Assembly: GCA_965213675.1 (NCBI GenBank)
Contig: CBDCAF010000018.1
Coordinates: 7,840 to 71,839 of the forward strand
DNA: 64,000 nucleotides
DNA from: an uncultured Candidatus Binatia bacterium
Lineage (GTDB): Bacteria > Desulfobacterota > Binatia > UBA9968 > JAJDTQ01
Reading direction: 5' to 3'
The translations under genes and the position numbers were made by a program. Positions 29,468 through 36,892 of the stretch are shown here, piece by piece (position 1 is the first letter of the stretch; every line of letters begins with the position of its first letter). The notes beneath the pieces were generated by a model that worked only from the letters and a program-made list of their open reading frames with translations, did not search any database and was not told the DNA's origin.

Positions 29468-30349
29468 ATGCGCATTCGAACGACAGGGCGGTTTGCAGGA
29501 CGGTTCGTTTCGAAGGCAATCGTGGTCCTTGGAGTAGCGGTGACGGGTGTCAGCCTGTTGCTTGGCAGTGCCGGCGCCGCATCCCTTCTGGAAAAGGCCA
29601 AGGCCGGGGAGACCGTCCGGATCGGTTTCGCCAACGAGATTCCCTGGGCCTATCCGGGAGACAATAACGTGCCCAAGGGCTTCGTGAACGCCATTGCCAT
29701 CGGCGTGCTCAACGAGATGGGGATCACCAAGATCCAACCCGTGGTCACGGATTGGGGCGGACTGATTCCCGGTCTCAAGGCCAACCGGTTCGATGTCATT
29801 ACCGGCGGCATGTACATTCTCAAGAGCCGTTGTCAGAACATCAACTTCTCGGATCCCATCGGGATCTTCGGTGACGCGTTCATCGTTGCCAAGGGCAATC
29901 CCAAGAACCTGCACAACTACCAGGACATCAAGAAGCAGAACGCCGTCCTGGTGACCGGCGCCGGCTACAATATCGTGGAGGCGGCGAAGAAGGAGGGCGT
30001 GCCCACCGCCCAGGTCATGCAGGTGCCGGGTCCCACGGAGATCCTGGCGGCGGTCCGGGCCGGACGCGCGGACGCCGGCGGCGTGACGTTTTTCACGGCG
30101 AACGCGCTGGTGAAGAAGAGTGGCGGCGCGGTGGATGTCAGCGATCCTTCGAAACAGCCGGAGTGGACCTACAACTGGGTCGGCATCGGCTTCCGCAAGT
30201 CGGACACGGCCTTCCTGAAGGCGTTCAACGAAGCCTTGGCCAAGCACCTGGGCTCGGACAAGATGATGGCCGCGGTCAAGGAGTATAGCTACACCAAGGC
30301 GCAGCTTCCCGGTGACGGCAGCACGGCATTCGCCTGCGCCAACCGCTGA
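29468..30349 (+). CDS. Amino-acid/ectoine-type ABC transporter substrate-binding protein (EhuB-like)
   Basis: Signal peptide present. Contains VRIGFANEIPWAY and LKANRFDVITGGMYI. Confidence 0.7.
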   Translation: MRIRTTGRFAGRFVSKAIVVLGVAVTGVSLLLGSAGAASLLEKAKAGETVRIGFANEIPWAYPGDNNVPKGFVNAIAIGVLNEMGITKIQPVVTDWGGLIPGLKANRFDVITGGMYILKSRCQNINFSDPIGIFGDAFIVAKGNPKNLHNYQDIKKQNAVLVTGAGYNIVEAAKKEGVPTAQVMQVPGPTEILAAVRAGRADAGGVTFFTANALVKKSGGAVDVSDPSKQPEWTYNWVGIGFRKSDTAFLKAFNEALAKHLGSDKMMAAVKEYSYTKAQLPGDGSTAFACANR

Positions 30350-30554
30350 GCCCGCCGCGGCCCCGCCCACGGGGTCAGGCGGCAGCAGCCCGGCGGCCCA
30401 CGCGGTTCAAACACGCACCGGCCGCCGGGCCGCGATGGGCGGAGCGGCCCGGGCCCGGTCCCCGCTGCTTGAACCCGGTGTGCGACCGTGCGTGACCGCG
30501 ACCGCTGTTGATCCGGACGCGTGACCGCTCCTGCTCGCGCTGGCGGGGAACCCG

Positions 30555-31220
30555 ATGTCCTACTTCGACTTCCTCGCGACACACGGTTGGCGCTTGGCCG
30601 AAGGTGTCGTGGTGACGGCGCAGCAGACCGTGCTGGCGGCGGCGCTGGCGGTGGTCATCGCATTGGTGATGGGGCTGATGCGGCTTTCGCCCAACGCCGC
30701 GGTGCGCGGCACGGCCACGTGCTACATCGAGGTCTTCCGCGGCACCTCGCTCCTCATCCAGCTCTACTGGATCTTCTTCGTGTTGCCCCTGTTCGGGCTC
30801 ACCCTTGAGAAGTTCGTCGCGGGTTTCGTGGCGGTGGGGATGAACCTGGGCGCCTATGGGGCGGAGGTGGTGCGGGGCGCGATCCAGGCCGTGCCCCGGG
30901 GTCAATATGAGGCCGCGCTGGCGCTCAACCTGTCGCCCTGGACGCGGATGCAACGCATTATCCTGCCCCAGGCCTTCCTGATCATGCTCCCGCCCTGGGG
31001 CAACCTCCTGATCGAGCTCCTCAAGGCCACCGCGCTGGTGGCCCTGATTTCGGTGACCGACCTGATGTTTCAGGCCAAGCAGATCAACGGTTACACGTTT
31101 CTGTCGGCCGAGGCTTTCGGCACTGCGCTGGTGATCTACTACGTCATGGCGCGGCTCTTGATCTCGCCTTCCATGCGCTGGCTGGAGGGCATGATGGCGC
31201 GCAAGATGGGCCGGGCCTGA
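30555..31220 (+). CDS. Amino-acid ABC transporter permease (EhuC-like)
   Basis: Contains YIEVFRGTSLLIQLYWIFFVLP and QYEAALALNLSPW. Confidence 0.8.
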   Translation: MSYFDFLATHGWRLAEGVVVTAQQTVLAAALAVVIALVMGLMRLSPNAAVRGTATCYIEVFRGTSLLIQLYWIFFVLPLFGLTLEKFVAGFVAVGMNLGAYGAEVVRGAIQAVPRGQYEAALALNLSPWTRMQRIILPQAFLIMLPPWGNLLIELLKATALVALISVTDLMFQAKQINGYTFLSAEAFGTALVIYYVMARLLISPSMRWLEGMMARKMGRA

Positions 31221-31231
31221 TCGAGGCGGGG

Positions 31232-31903
31232 ATGTTCGACTGGCGCTGGGACTTCACGTTCGAGATTCTGCCGCAGCTCCTGTGGGCGACGCTCAACACG
31301 TTGATGGCCGCGGGCATCGGCTACGGCATCGCCTTGGTGCTGGGGCTGGTGTTCTGCCTGGCGCAACGTACGCCGTGGCGCGCCTTGACCCGGGTCGTGC
31401 GCGAGGCCGTGGAGTTCATCCGCTCGACCCCACTGGTGTTGCAGATCTTCTTCGTGTTCTATGTCGGTCCGCAGTTCGGCGTTCGGCTGTCGCCGTGGAC
31501 TTCGGGCATGATCGCCATCGGGCTCCACTACGCCGCCTACCTGTCGGAAGTATACCGGGGCGGTCTCGACGCCGTGCCCAAGGGGCAGTGGGAGGCGTGC
31601 CACGCGCTCCATCTGAGCACGACGCGAACCTATTTCCGGATCATCATCCCGCAGGCGCTACCGGCCGCCCTGCCCGGCATGGGCAACTATCTCGTGGGGA
31701 TATTCAAGGACACCCCCATGCTGTCGGTCATCGCCGTCACCGAACTCTTGCAGGCCGCCAACGCCATCGGCTCGGAGACCTATCGTTTCCTGGAACCCTA
31801 CACCATGGTCGGGGTGATATTTCTGGCGATCTCGTTGCCCGCGGCGGCCGGACTTCGCGCGTTCGAGGCCTGGGTGCGGCGGGCGCTGGGGATGAGTCGA
31901 TGA
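31232..31903 (+). CDS. Amino-acid ABC transporter permease (EhuD-like)
   Basis: Contains EFIRSTPLVLQIFFVFY and QWEACHALHLS. Confidence 0.8.
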   Translation: MFDWRWDFTFEILPQLLWATLNTLMAAGIGYGIALVLGLVFCLAQRTPWRALTRVVREAVEFIRSTPLVLQIFFVFYVGPQFGVRLSPWTSGMIAIGLHYAAYLSEVYRGGLDAVPKGQWEACHALHLSTTRTYFRIIIPQALPAALPGMGNYLVGIFKDTPMLSVIAVTELLQAANAIGSETYRFLEPYTMVGVIFLAISLPAAAGLRAFEAWVRRALGMSR

Positions 31904-32110
31904 AGCGCATTCCGAGCAGGGGCAGCCGGGCGCCGGCGCCTCGCGAACCGGCACGGAAGGTGCGCGTTTCGGGCCGCCCCGCGTCATCGGCTGCTGCCGG
32001 CCGTCTGCGTCCGGACCCACGGCAGCCGCACATGATCCCCTCGGGCCGGTCCGCGTTGTCAGTCCATTGCCGGCTGTTGCCGGTTCCCGCGATTGTCCCT
32101 GGAGGGTCCC

Positions 32111-32920
32111 GTGACTGATTCCGTCCATCCCACGAGCCTCGGCGCCGGCGGCCCCATGGTGCGCTTCAGCAAGGTCACGAAACGGTATGGGTCCCTCACC
32201 GTTCTGGATGCCTTGGACCTCGACGTCGCCGCCAACGAGATGGTGTGCATCATCGGGCCTTCCGGCGCGGGCAAGACCAGCGTGTTGCGCATGCTCATGA
32301 CCCTGGAGGAAATCGACGACGGCGTCATCTACGTGGAAGGCCAGCCGCTGACGCATATGGAGCGGGACGGCGTTCTGGTGAAGGCCAACACGGCGCACCT
32401 GCGCAAGCAGCGCATGAACATCGGCATGGTTTTTCAGCATTTCAATCTGTTCCCGCACATGACCGCGCTGGCGAACTGCATGGAGGCGCCGGTCCAGGTG
32501 CTGGGGCTCAGCCGGGACGAGGCGGAAGCGAGGGCGGTGGAATTGCTGGGCATGGTGGGGTTGGAGGACAAGAAGGACCAGCACCCGTCGCGCCTTTCCG
32601 GCGGCCAGCAACAGCGCGTGGCCATCGCCCGGGCCTTGGCCATGCGTCCCAAGGTCATGCTGCTGGACGAAGTCACCTCCGCCCTGGACCCCGAGGTCAT
32701 CGGCGAGGTGTTGAACGTCATCCGCCAACTCAACAGCGAGCATAGTCTCACCATGCTCATGGTGACCCACCAGATGGGCTTCGCCCGCGAGATCTCCGAC
32801 CGGGTCTGCTTCCTGTACGAGGGCAAGATCGCCGAGCAGGGGACCCCCGGCGAGATTTTCGAAAACCCGCGCAACGAGCGCACCCAGCAGTTCCTCGCGG
32901 CGGTACTTGAGGCGCGCTGA
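32111..32920 (+). CDS. Amino-acid ABC transporter ATP-binding protein (EhuA-like)
   Basis: GTG start at 32111 lies after GGAGGG. Alternative starts are 32093 and 32156. Contains GPSGAGKTS, LSGGQQQRVAIARAL, MLLDEVTSALD. Confidence 0.85.
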   Translation: MTDSVHPTSLGAGGPMVRFSKVTKRYGSLTVLDALDLDVAANEMVCIIGPSGAGKTSVLRMLMTLEEIDDGVIYVEGQPLTHMERDGVLVKANTAHLRKQRMNIGMVFQHFNLFPHMTALANCMEAPVQVLGLSRDEAEARAVELLGMVGLEDKKDQHPSRLSGGQQQRVAIARALAMRPKVMLLDEVTSALDPEVIGEVLNVIRQLNSEHSLTMLMVTHQMGFAREISDRVCFLYEGKIAEQGTPGEIFENPRNERTQQFLAAVLEAR

Positions 32921-33055
32921 CGCGAGCTCACCGGCTCGGTCTGCAACCGGACGTGACGATACAAGCTTCGTCGGCGGTCGCCTCTGTTCGGCGTACGCCC
33001 CTGTGGTTGGCCGTTGGCAGGAGACTATCCGTGTAGGGGCGACCGGCGGCGGCCC

Positions 33056-33916
33056 CTACACGCTGTGGTTGTCGCTCTTGTTGTGGACGGTCTCGTTGAG
33101 AGAACCCGTGCGGTAGCCCTGAAGGTCGATGCTGACGTAGGTGAACCCGGCGTCCTTGAAACGTTGGACGATCCCTTCTCGCACGTCCGGCAGCAGCAGC
33201 TTGTCGAACTCGTCCGGCGCCACCTCGATGCGCGCCAGCGCGTCATGGTAGCGCACCCGGTACACCCGGAAACCCAGTTCGCGCAGCACGCGCTCGCAGC
33301 GGTTCACCTGGGTGAGCTTCTCCGGGGTGATGGCGGTGCCGTAGGGAAAACGGCTGGACAGGCACGCCAGCGCGGGCTTGTCCCATACCGGGAGCCCCAT
33401 GCGCCGGGCGGCCTCGCGGATGTCGGCCTTGGTGAAACCCAACTCGTCCAGGGGCGAGCGCACGCCCCGCTCGCGCGCGGCCTTCCGGCCGGGGCGGTGG
33501 TCGCCGCGGTCGTCCAGGTTGAAGCCGTCCAGCACGTGCGGCATGCCCAAGGTCGCGGCCTCGTCGATGGCCTTGCCGTAAAGCTCGGTCTTGCAGAAAT
33601 AGCAGCGGTTGACGGGGTTGGCGGCGTAGCGCGGGTCGTCCAGTTCGTAGGTGTCGATGAGCAGGTGGCGGGCGCCGATGCTCTCGGCCAAGCCGCGGGC
33701 GTCGGCCCCCTCCTCGGGCGCGAGGCTGGGAGAGACTGCGGTGAGCGCCAGAGCGTTGTCGCCGAGAGCATCCACGGCCTCGGCGAGCAGGTAGCCGGAA
33801 TCGACCCCGCCCGAGAAGCAGACCACGGCCTGTCCCATCTCTCTCAGCAGCGCCTGAAGTTCGGCCACCTTTCGCGCCAGTTCGGCGTCCTCAAAAGGGT
33901 CATTCCCTGGCCCCAC
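33056..33916 (-). CDS. larE: LarE-like ATP-dependent sulfur transferase (PP-loop ATP pyrophosphatase)
   Basis: PP-loop VCFSGGVDSG, then CYFCK and LACLSSRFPYG. GTG start 33916 was chosen so the REP repeats stay intergenic. An alternative ATG is at 34015. Confidence 0.8.
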   Translation of the reverse strand: MGPGNDPFEDAELARKVAELQALLREMGQAVVCFSGGVDSGYLLAEAVDALGDNALALTAVSPSLAPEEGADARGLAESIGARHLLIDTYELDDPRYAANPVNRCYFCKTELYGKAIDEAATLGMPHVLDGFNLDDRGDHRPGRKAARERGVRSPLDELGFTKADIREAARRMGLPVWDKPALACLSSRFPYGTAITPEKLTQVNRCERVLRELGFRVYRVRYHDALARIEVAPDEFDKLLLPDVREGIVQRFKDAGFTYVSIDLQGYRTGSLNETVHNKSDNHSV

Positions 33917-33938
33917 TCCGTGAACCCCGCGCACCCTA

Positions 33939-33986
33939 CCGTCATTCACCCGCACCCCACCGTCGTTCCCGCGAAGGCGGGAATCC
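33939..33986. repeat. REP-B repeat
   Basis: ccgtcattcacccgcaccccaccgtcgttcccgcgaaggcgggaatcc. Confidence 0.75.
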
Positions 33987-34041
33987 AGGCGGGGTAGTGT
34001 GGGGGAGCCCTTCATCGACGTCGTGACCGATGTCAGCGCTC

Positions 34042-34605
34042 TTACGGCGTGGACTTCACCTTCGGCCGCTCCAGCAGCGTGTTGCACCAGCGTCTCACGT
34101 TGGGCAGGTCCTCGGTGATGGACGTCCGGTAGGCGTCCTGCCGGGTGAAGAACGGCACATACGTGATGTCCGCCAGCGAGTAGTCGTCGACGATGTAGTC
34201 GCGCCCGGCCATGCGCTCTTCCAGCGTCTCCAGGTGCTGCCGCAGCCGCTTCTTGTTCTTCTCCACCTCGTGGTCGTGGCGGATGTTGCCGGCCGCGGTC
34301 TGAAGCCGGGTGTTGCAGAAGTCGATCCAGATGCGTACCTCGGCGCGCTTGGCCAGATCCTTCGGCATCAACGGCACGTCGGGAAACTTCTCGTCCAGGT
34401 ACTCGTTGACGACCGCGGATTCGTAGATCACCGCGTCCCCGTCCACCAGCACCGGCACCTTGCCGTAGGGGTTCAGGGTGACCAGCTCTTCCGACTTGTT
34501 CCTCAGGTCGCACTCGACCAGTTCGTAAGGGATGTCTTTCTCTGCCAGGACAAGCCTTGTCCTGTGGGCATACGGTCAAGGACCGTAGGACAGTAGTCGC
34601 AACAT
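34042..34605 (-). CDS. Omega/Grx-like glutathione S-transferase with in-frame TGA (codon 10) at the catalytic-Cys position; candidate selenoprotein, otherwise a pseudogene
   Basis: Own translation: MLRLLSYGP-TGA-PYAHRTRLVLAEKDIPYELVECDLRNKSEELVTLNPYGKVPVLVDGDAVIYES... runs in one frame to the stop at 34042. GGAGGA RBS lies upstream of ATG 34605. Confidence 0.7.
34546..34564 (-). promoter_or_regulatory. SECIS-like hairpin 11 nt downstream of the in-frame UGA
   Basis: RNA CAGGACA-AGGCU-UGUCCUG read on the minus strand. The UGA is at 34578-34576. Confidence 0.5.
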
Positions 34606-34654
34606 GTCTTCCTCCTTCGAAGTTTGCGCTTCCACGTGGGCGCGGAAAAGACTT

Positions 34655-35041
34655 CTACGCGATGATCGGTTCCTTCACCGGAATGTGGCTGGGCCTCCGC
34701 GGCACCCGCGTGCGCGGCTTGCCGTCCACCTGGGAGTTGCCCGCGCCGAACAGCAGCAGACGGTCCCCGCCCGTGTTGCAGAGCTGGTACGGCTGGCCCG
34801 ACCTCAGCAGGATGGTGTCGTGGGGGTTCAGGACGAACTCATCCTCCGGCGTCCGCACCGTGCACTGGCCCTCGAGGACCATGAAGACATGGTCGTCGTT
34901 CTCGTGGTAGTGCATGTCGTCCTGCATGTTCGCTTCGCAGTTGATGGTCCAGAAATAGGTCAGGTCCGTGCGCCACAACGAAAGATGGCGGATGTCCGGG
35001 TTGGCCTTGGCCTCCGTGATGGGGTTTTTCACTTCGTACAT
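34655..35041 (-). CDS. Small cupin-domain protein
   Basis: Contains MHYHENDDHVFMVLEG...PYQLCNTG. Confidence 0.7.
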   Translation of the reverse strand: MYEVKNPITEAKANPDIRHLSLWRTDLTYFWTINCEANMQDDMHYHENDDHVFMVLEGQCTVRTPEDEFVLNPHDTILLRSGQPYQLCNTGGDRLLLFGAGNSQVDGKPRTRVPRRPSHIPVKEPIIA

Positions 35042-35077
35042 GCGCGTGTCCTCCCTCTGTCTCGAGTCGAATAGCCG

Positions 35078-35326
35078 CTATTTCGGCGCCACCAGCTTGC
35101 CGTGGGTGCCGTCGCAGTACGGCCGCGTCTTCGACCGCCAGCACGCGCAAATGGCCATGGTCCGGGGCTCGTCCACCGTGATTTCCCGGGGCGTGATGGA
35201 CGTCACCTTGTGCGACCCGTCGCAGAACGGAAAGTTCCGGGTCCGCCCGCACATGCAGTAGAAGCGGCTCTTGGATTCCTGCCGGACGATCACCGGCTCG
35301 ATCAGATCATCGTATGCCAGGCCCAT
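35078..35326 (-). CDS. CDGSH-type iron-sulfur domain protein (two CDGSH motifs)
   Basis: Contains CMCGRTRNFPFCDGSH and CACWRSKTRPYCDGTH. Confidence 0.85.
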   Translation of the reverse strand: MGLAYDDLIEPVIVRQESKSRFYCMCGRTRNFPFCDGSHKVTSITPREITVDEPRTMAICACWRSKTRPYCDGTHGKLVAPK

Positions 35327-35454
35327 TCGAATTCCTCCCTCGGCGTGGGACGTGCTGTTCCGCTGATCGGGCGGCCTCCAGCCCGTCTCCCGTATGCCCC
35401 TTCACCGTATACTCCACTTTGCCCCGGAGGGCCAGACGACGTTGTGCTCGTTGC

Positions 35455-36840
35455 CTATCTCAGCACGCTCATGACCGTCCGCGCATCGACGATGTGAATG
35501 CCGGTCCGGGCGTCCGCAGCCACGCTCTCCGGAACGAACAGGGCTTGGCAAACATCGGTGCCTTCAGCGCCGGCCAGGTCGCCCGAATGAACGTGCGCGG
35601 CGGCGGTGGCCGCAACCGGGCGCGACGTCGACTTGGCCTCGCCCACCAGCAATCGGTTCCCGTCAACCGAGCGCGCGACGATGTCGAGTTCCGGCGCATT
35701 GCCGCGCCAGTATCGTTGCGCGGGCTCCCACGGACCCAGCCGGCCCAGGGTCGTGTCGGAACGGTGAAGGAGGGGCACCGCCCCGCGGCACAATTCCTCC
35801 CAGGCAAGAGCCTCAAGGCCGCGCCGGTGCCGCCGCCAGTATGCGAGCCGCGTCTCCGGGGGCGTAGCGGCCAGCGCCGCTCGATGGGGTGCGACCACCC
35901 GAAACCACAGGCGCAGAAAGGGATCGTCTATCCGGTAGAGACTCCGTTTGCCGGACTTCGGGTCAGTTCCGAACGGCGTTTCGCGGCGCACCAGCCCCAT
36001 CTCCGTGAGCGATGCCAGCGGTCTCGACAGGCTGGAGGCGGGCTTGCCAAGACGGCCCGCGATCTCGGTGACCCGGTGCGCCCCGTTGCCGATGACGTCC
36101 AGCAAGGGGCGCAACGCCGTAGCTGGAGGGGTCTCCTCCCGCAACAGCCGATCAGGTTCTGCATGCAGGGGGCCCGCGGCGTCGAGAACCAGAGTGTCCA
36201 CCGCGGCTTCGATGTCGTTTCCGAAAGGTTCGGCAAGCTCCCAATAACGAGGTATGCCTCCCCACAGCGCATAGACGCTCACCAGGTCGTGATGCTTGTC
36301 GAAGGGGAAAGCCTCGGCGAGATGCCCCGCCGGCAGGGGGCGGACGCCAAAGGCTTCGGCAGCCCGGCCGTAGAGCGGAGCGGTAGCATCGAGTATCAAG
36401 CTGTGCATCATGCGCTGACTCGATCCGCACACGACCAGGCGCAACCGCCGCTCCGGGCGGTCCAACCAGTTCTGCAAGACCCCGGTTAGAGTGGGGTCCG
36501 CGTCGATGAGGTAGGGAAGCTCGTCCAGCACCCACGGACCTTGCCAGCCGGCGCGGTCGGCGTCGGCGGAAAGCCGCGTCAGAAACGAGCGCCAGTCCGG
36601 GTACTCGACGTCTGCAAAGCCGGGGAATCGTTCAGCGACTGCTTCCGCCAGGTAGCGCCGCTGTACCGGCGGGACGGACTGATCCGCGACCGTGTACAGG
36701 CCCCGGTGGCGCCGCGACCATTCAATGAGAAGGCGCGACTTGCCTATCCTGCGGCGTCCCCAGATGACGGCGAACGCTCCAGTCCGTGTCAGCACATTGT
36801 CCAACCGCTCCATCTCGCGGCTGCGATCGAGGAACTGCAT
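35455..36840 (-). CDS. ATP-binding protein, archaeal-type ATPase + DUF234-like architecture
   Basis: Trimmed to MQFLDRSREMERLDNVL. Walker A GRRRIGKSRLL, Walker B-like VLDELPYL, C-terminal wHTH-like region. Confidence 0.75.
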   Translation of the reverse strand: MQFLDRSREMERLDNVLTRTGAFAVIWGRRRIGKSRLLIEWSRRHRGLYTVADQSVPPVQRRYLAEAVAERFPGFADVEYPDWRSFLTRLSADADRAGWQGPWVLDELPYLIDADPTLTGVLQNWLDRPERRLRLVVCGSSQRMMHSLILDATAPLYGRAAEAFGVRPLPAGHLAEAFPFDKHHDLVSVYALWGGIPRYWELAEPFGNDIEAAVDTLVLDAAGPLHAEPDRLLREETPPATALRPLLDVIGNGAHRVTEIAGRLGKPASSLSRPLASLTEMGLVRRETPFGTDPKSGKRSLYRIDDPFLRLWFRVVAPHRAALAATPPETRLAYWRRHRRGLEALAWEELCRGAVPLLHRSDTTLGRLGPWEPAQRYWRGNAPELDIVARSVDGNRLLVGEAKSTSRPVAATAAAHVHSGDLAGAEGTDVCQALFVPESVAADARTGIHIVDARTVMSVLR

Positions 36841-36846
36841 TTCCTT

Positions 36847-36881
36847 ATTATGTAGAAGAACATTATGTTTGACAACATAAT
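36847..36881 (-). promoter_or_regulatory. Sigma70-like promoter for the ATPase gene overlapping an 8+4+8 palindrome
   Basis: On the minus strand: TTGTCA, 17 nt, CATAAT, 6 nt, ATG(36840). Palindrome attatgtt-tgac-aacataat at 36862-36881. The only strongly AT-rich stretch in this area. Confidence 0.4.
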
Positions 36882-36892
36882 AATCGGCAAGT

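Noticed and set aside
30350-30554. Unusually long GC-rich spacers inside the ehu-like operon (also 31904-32110) as possible riboswitch or attenuator
   Set aside because: I could find only short, inconsistent stems. Nothing could be matched to a known RNA motif without a covariance-model scan.
33056-34579. 507-aa ORF suggesting one large protein
   Set aside because: Only the C-terminal ~286 aa are LarE-like. The N-terminal part reads through REP-B repeats (RLRGNDGGVRVNDG) and an out-of-frame stretch of the GST gene.
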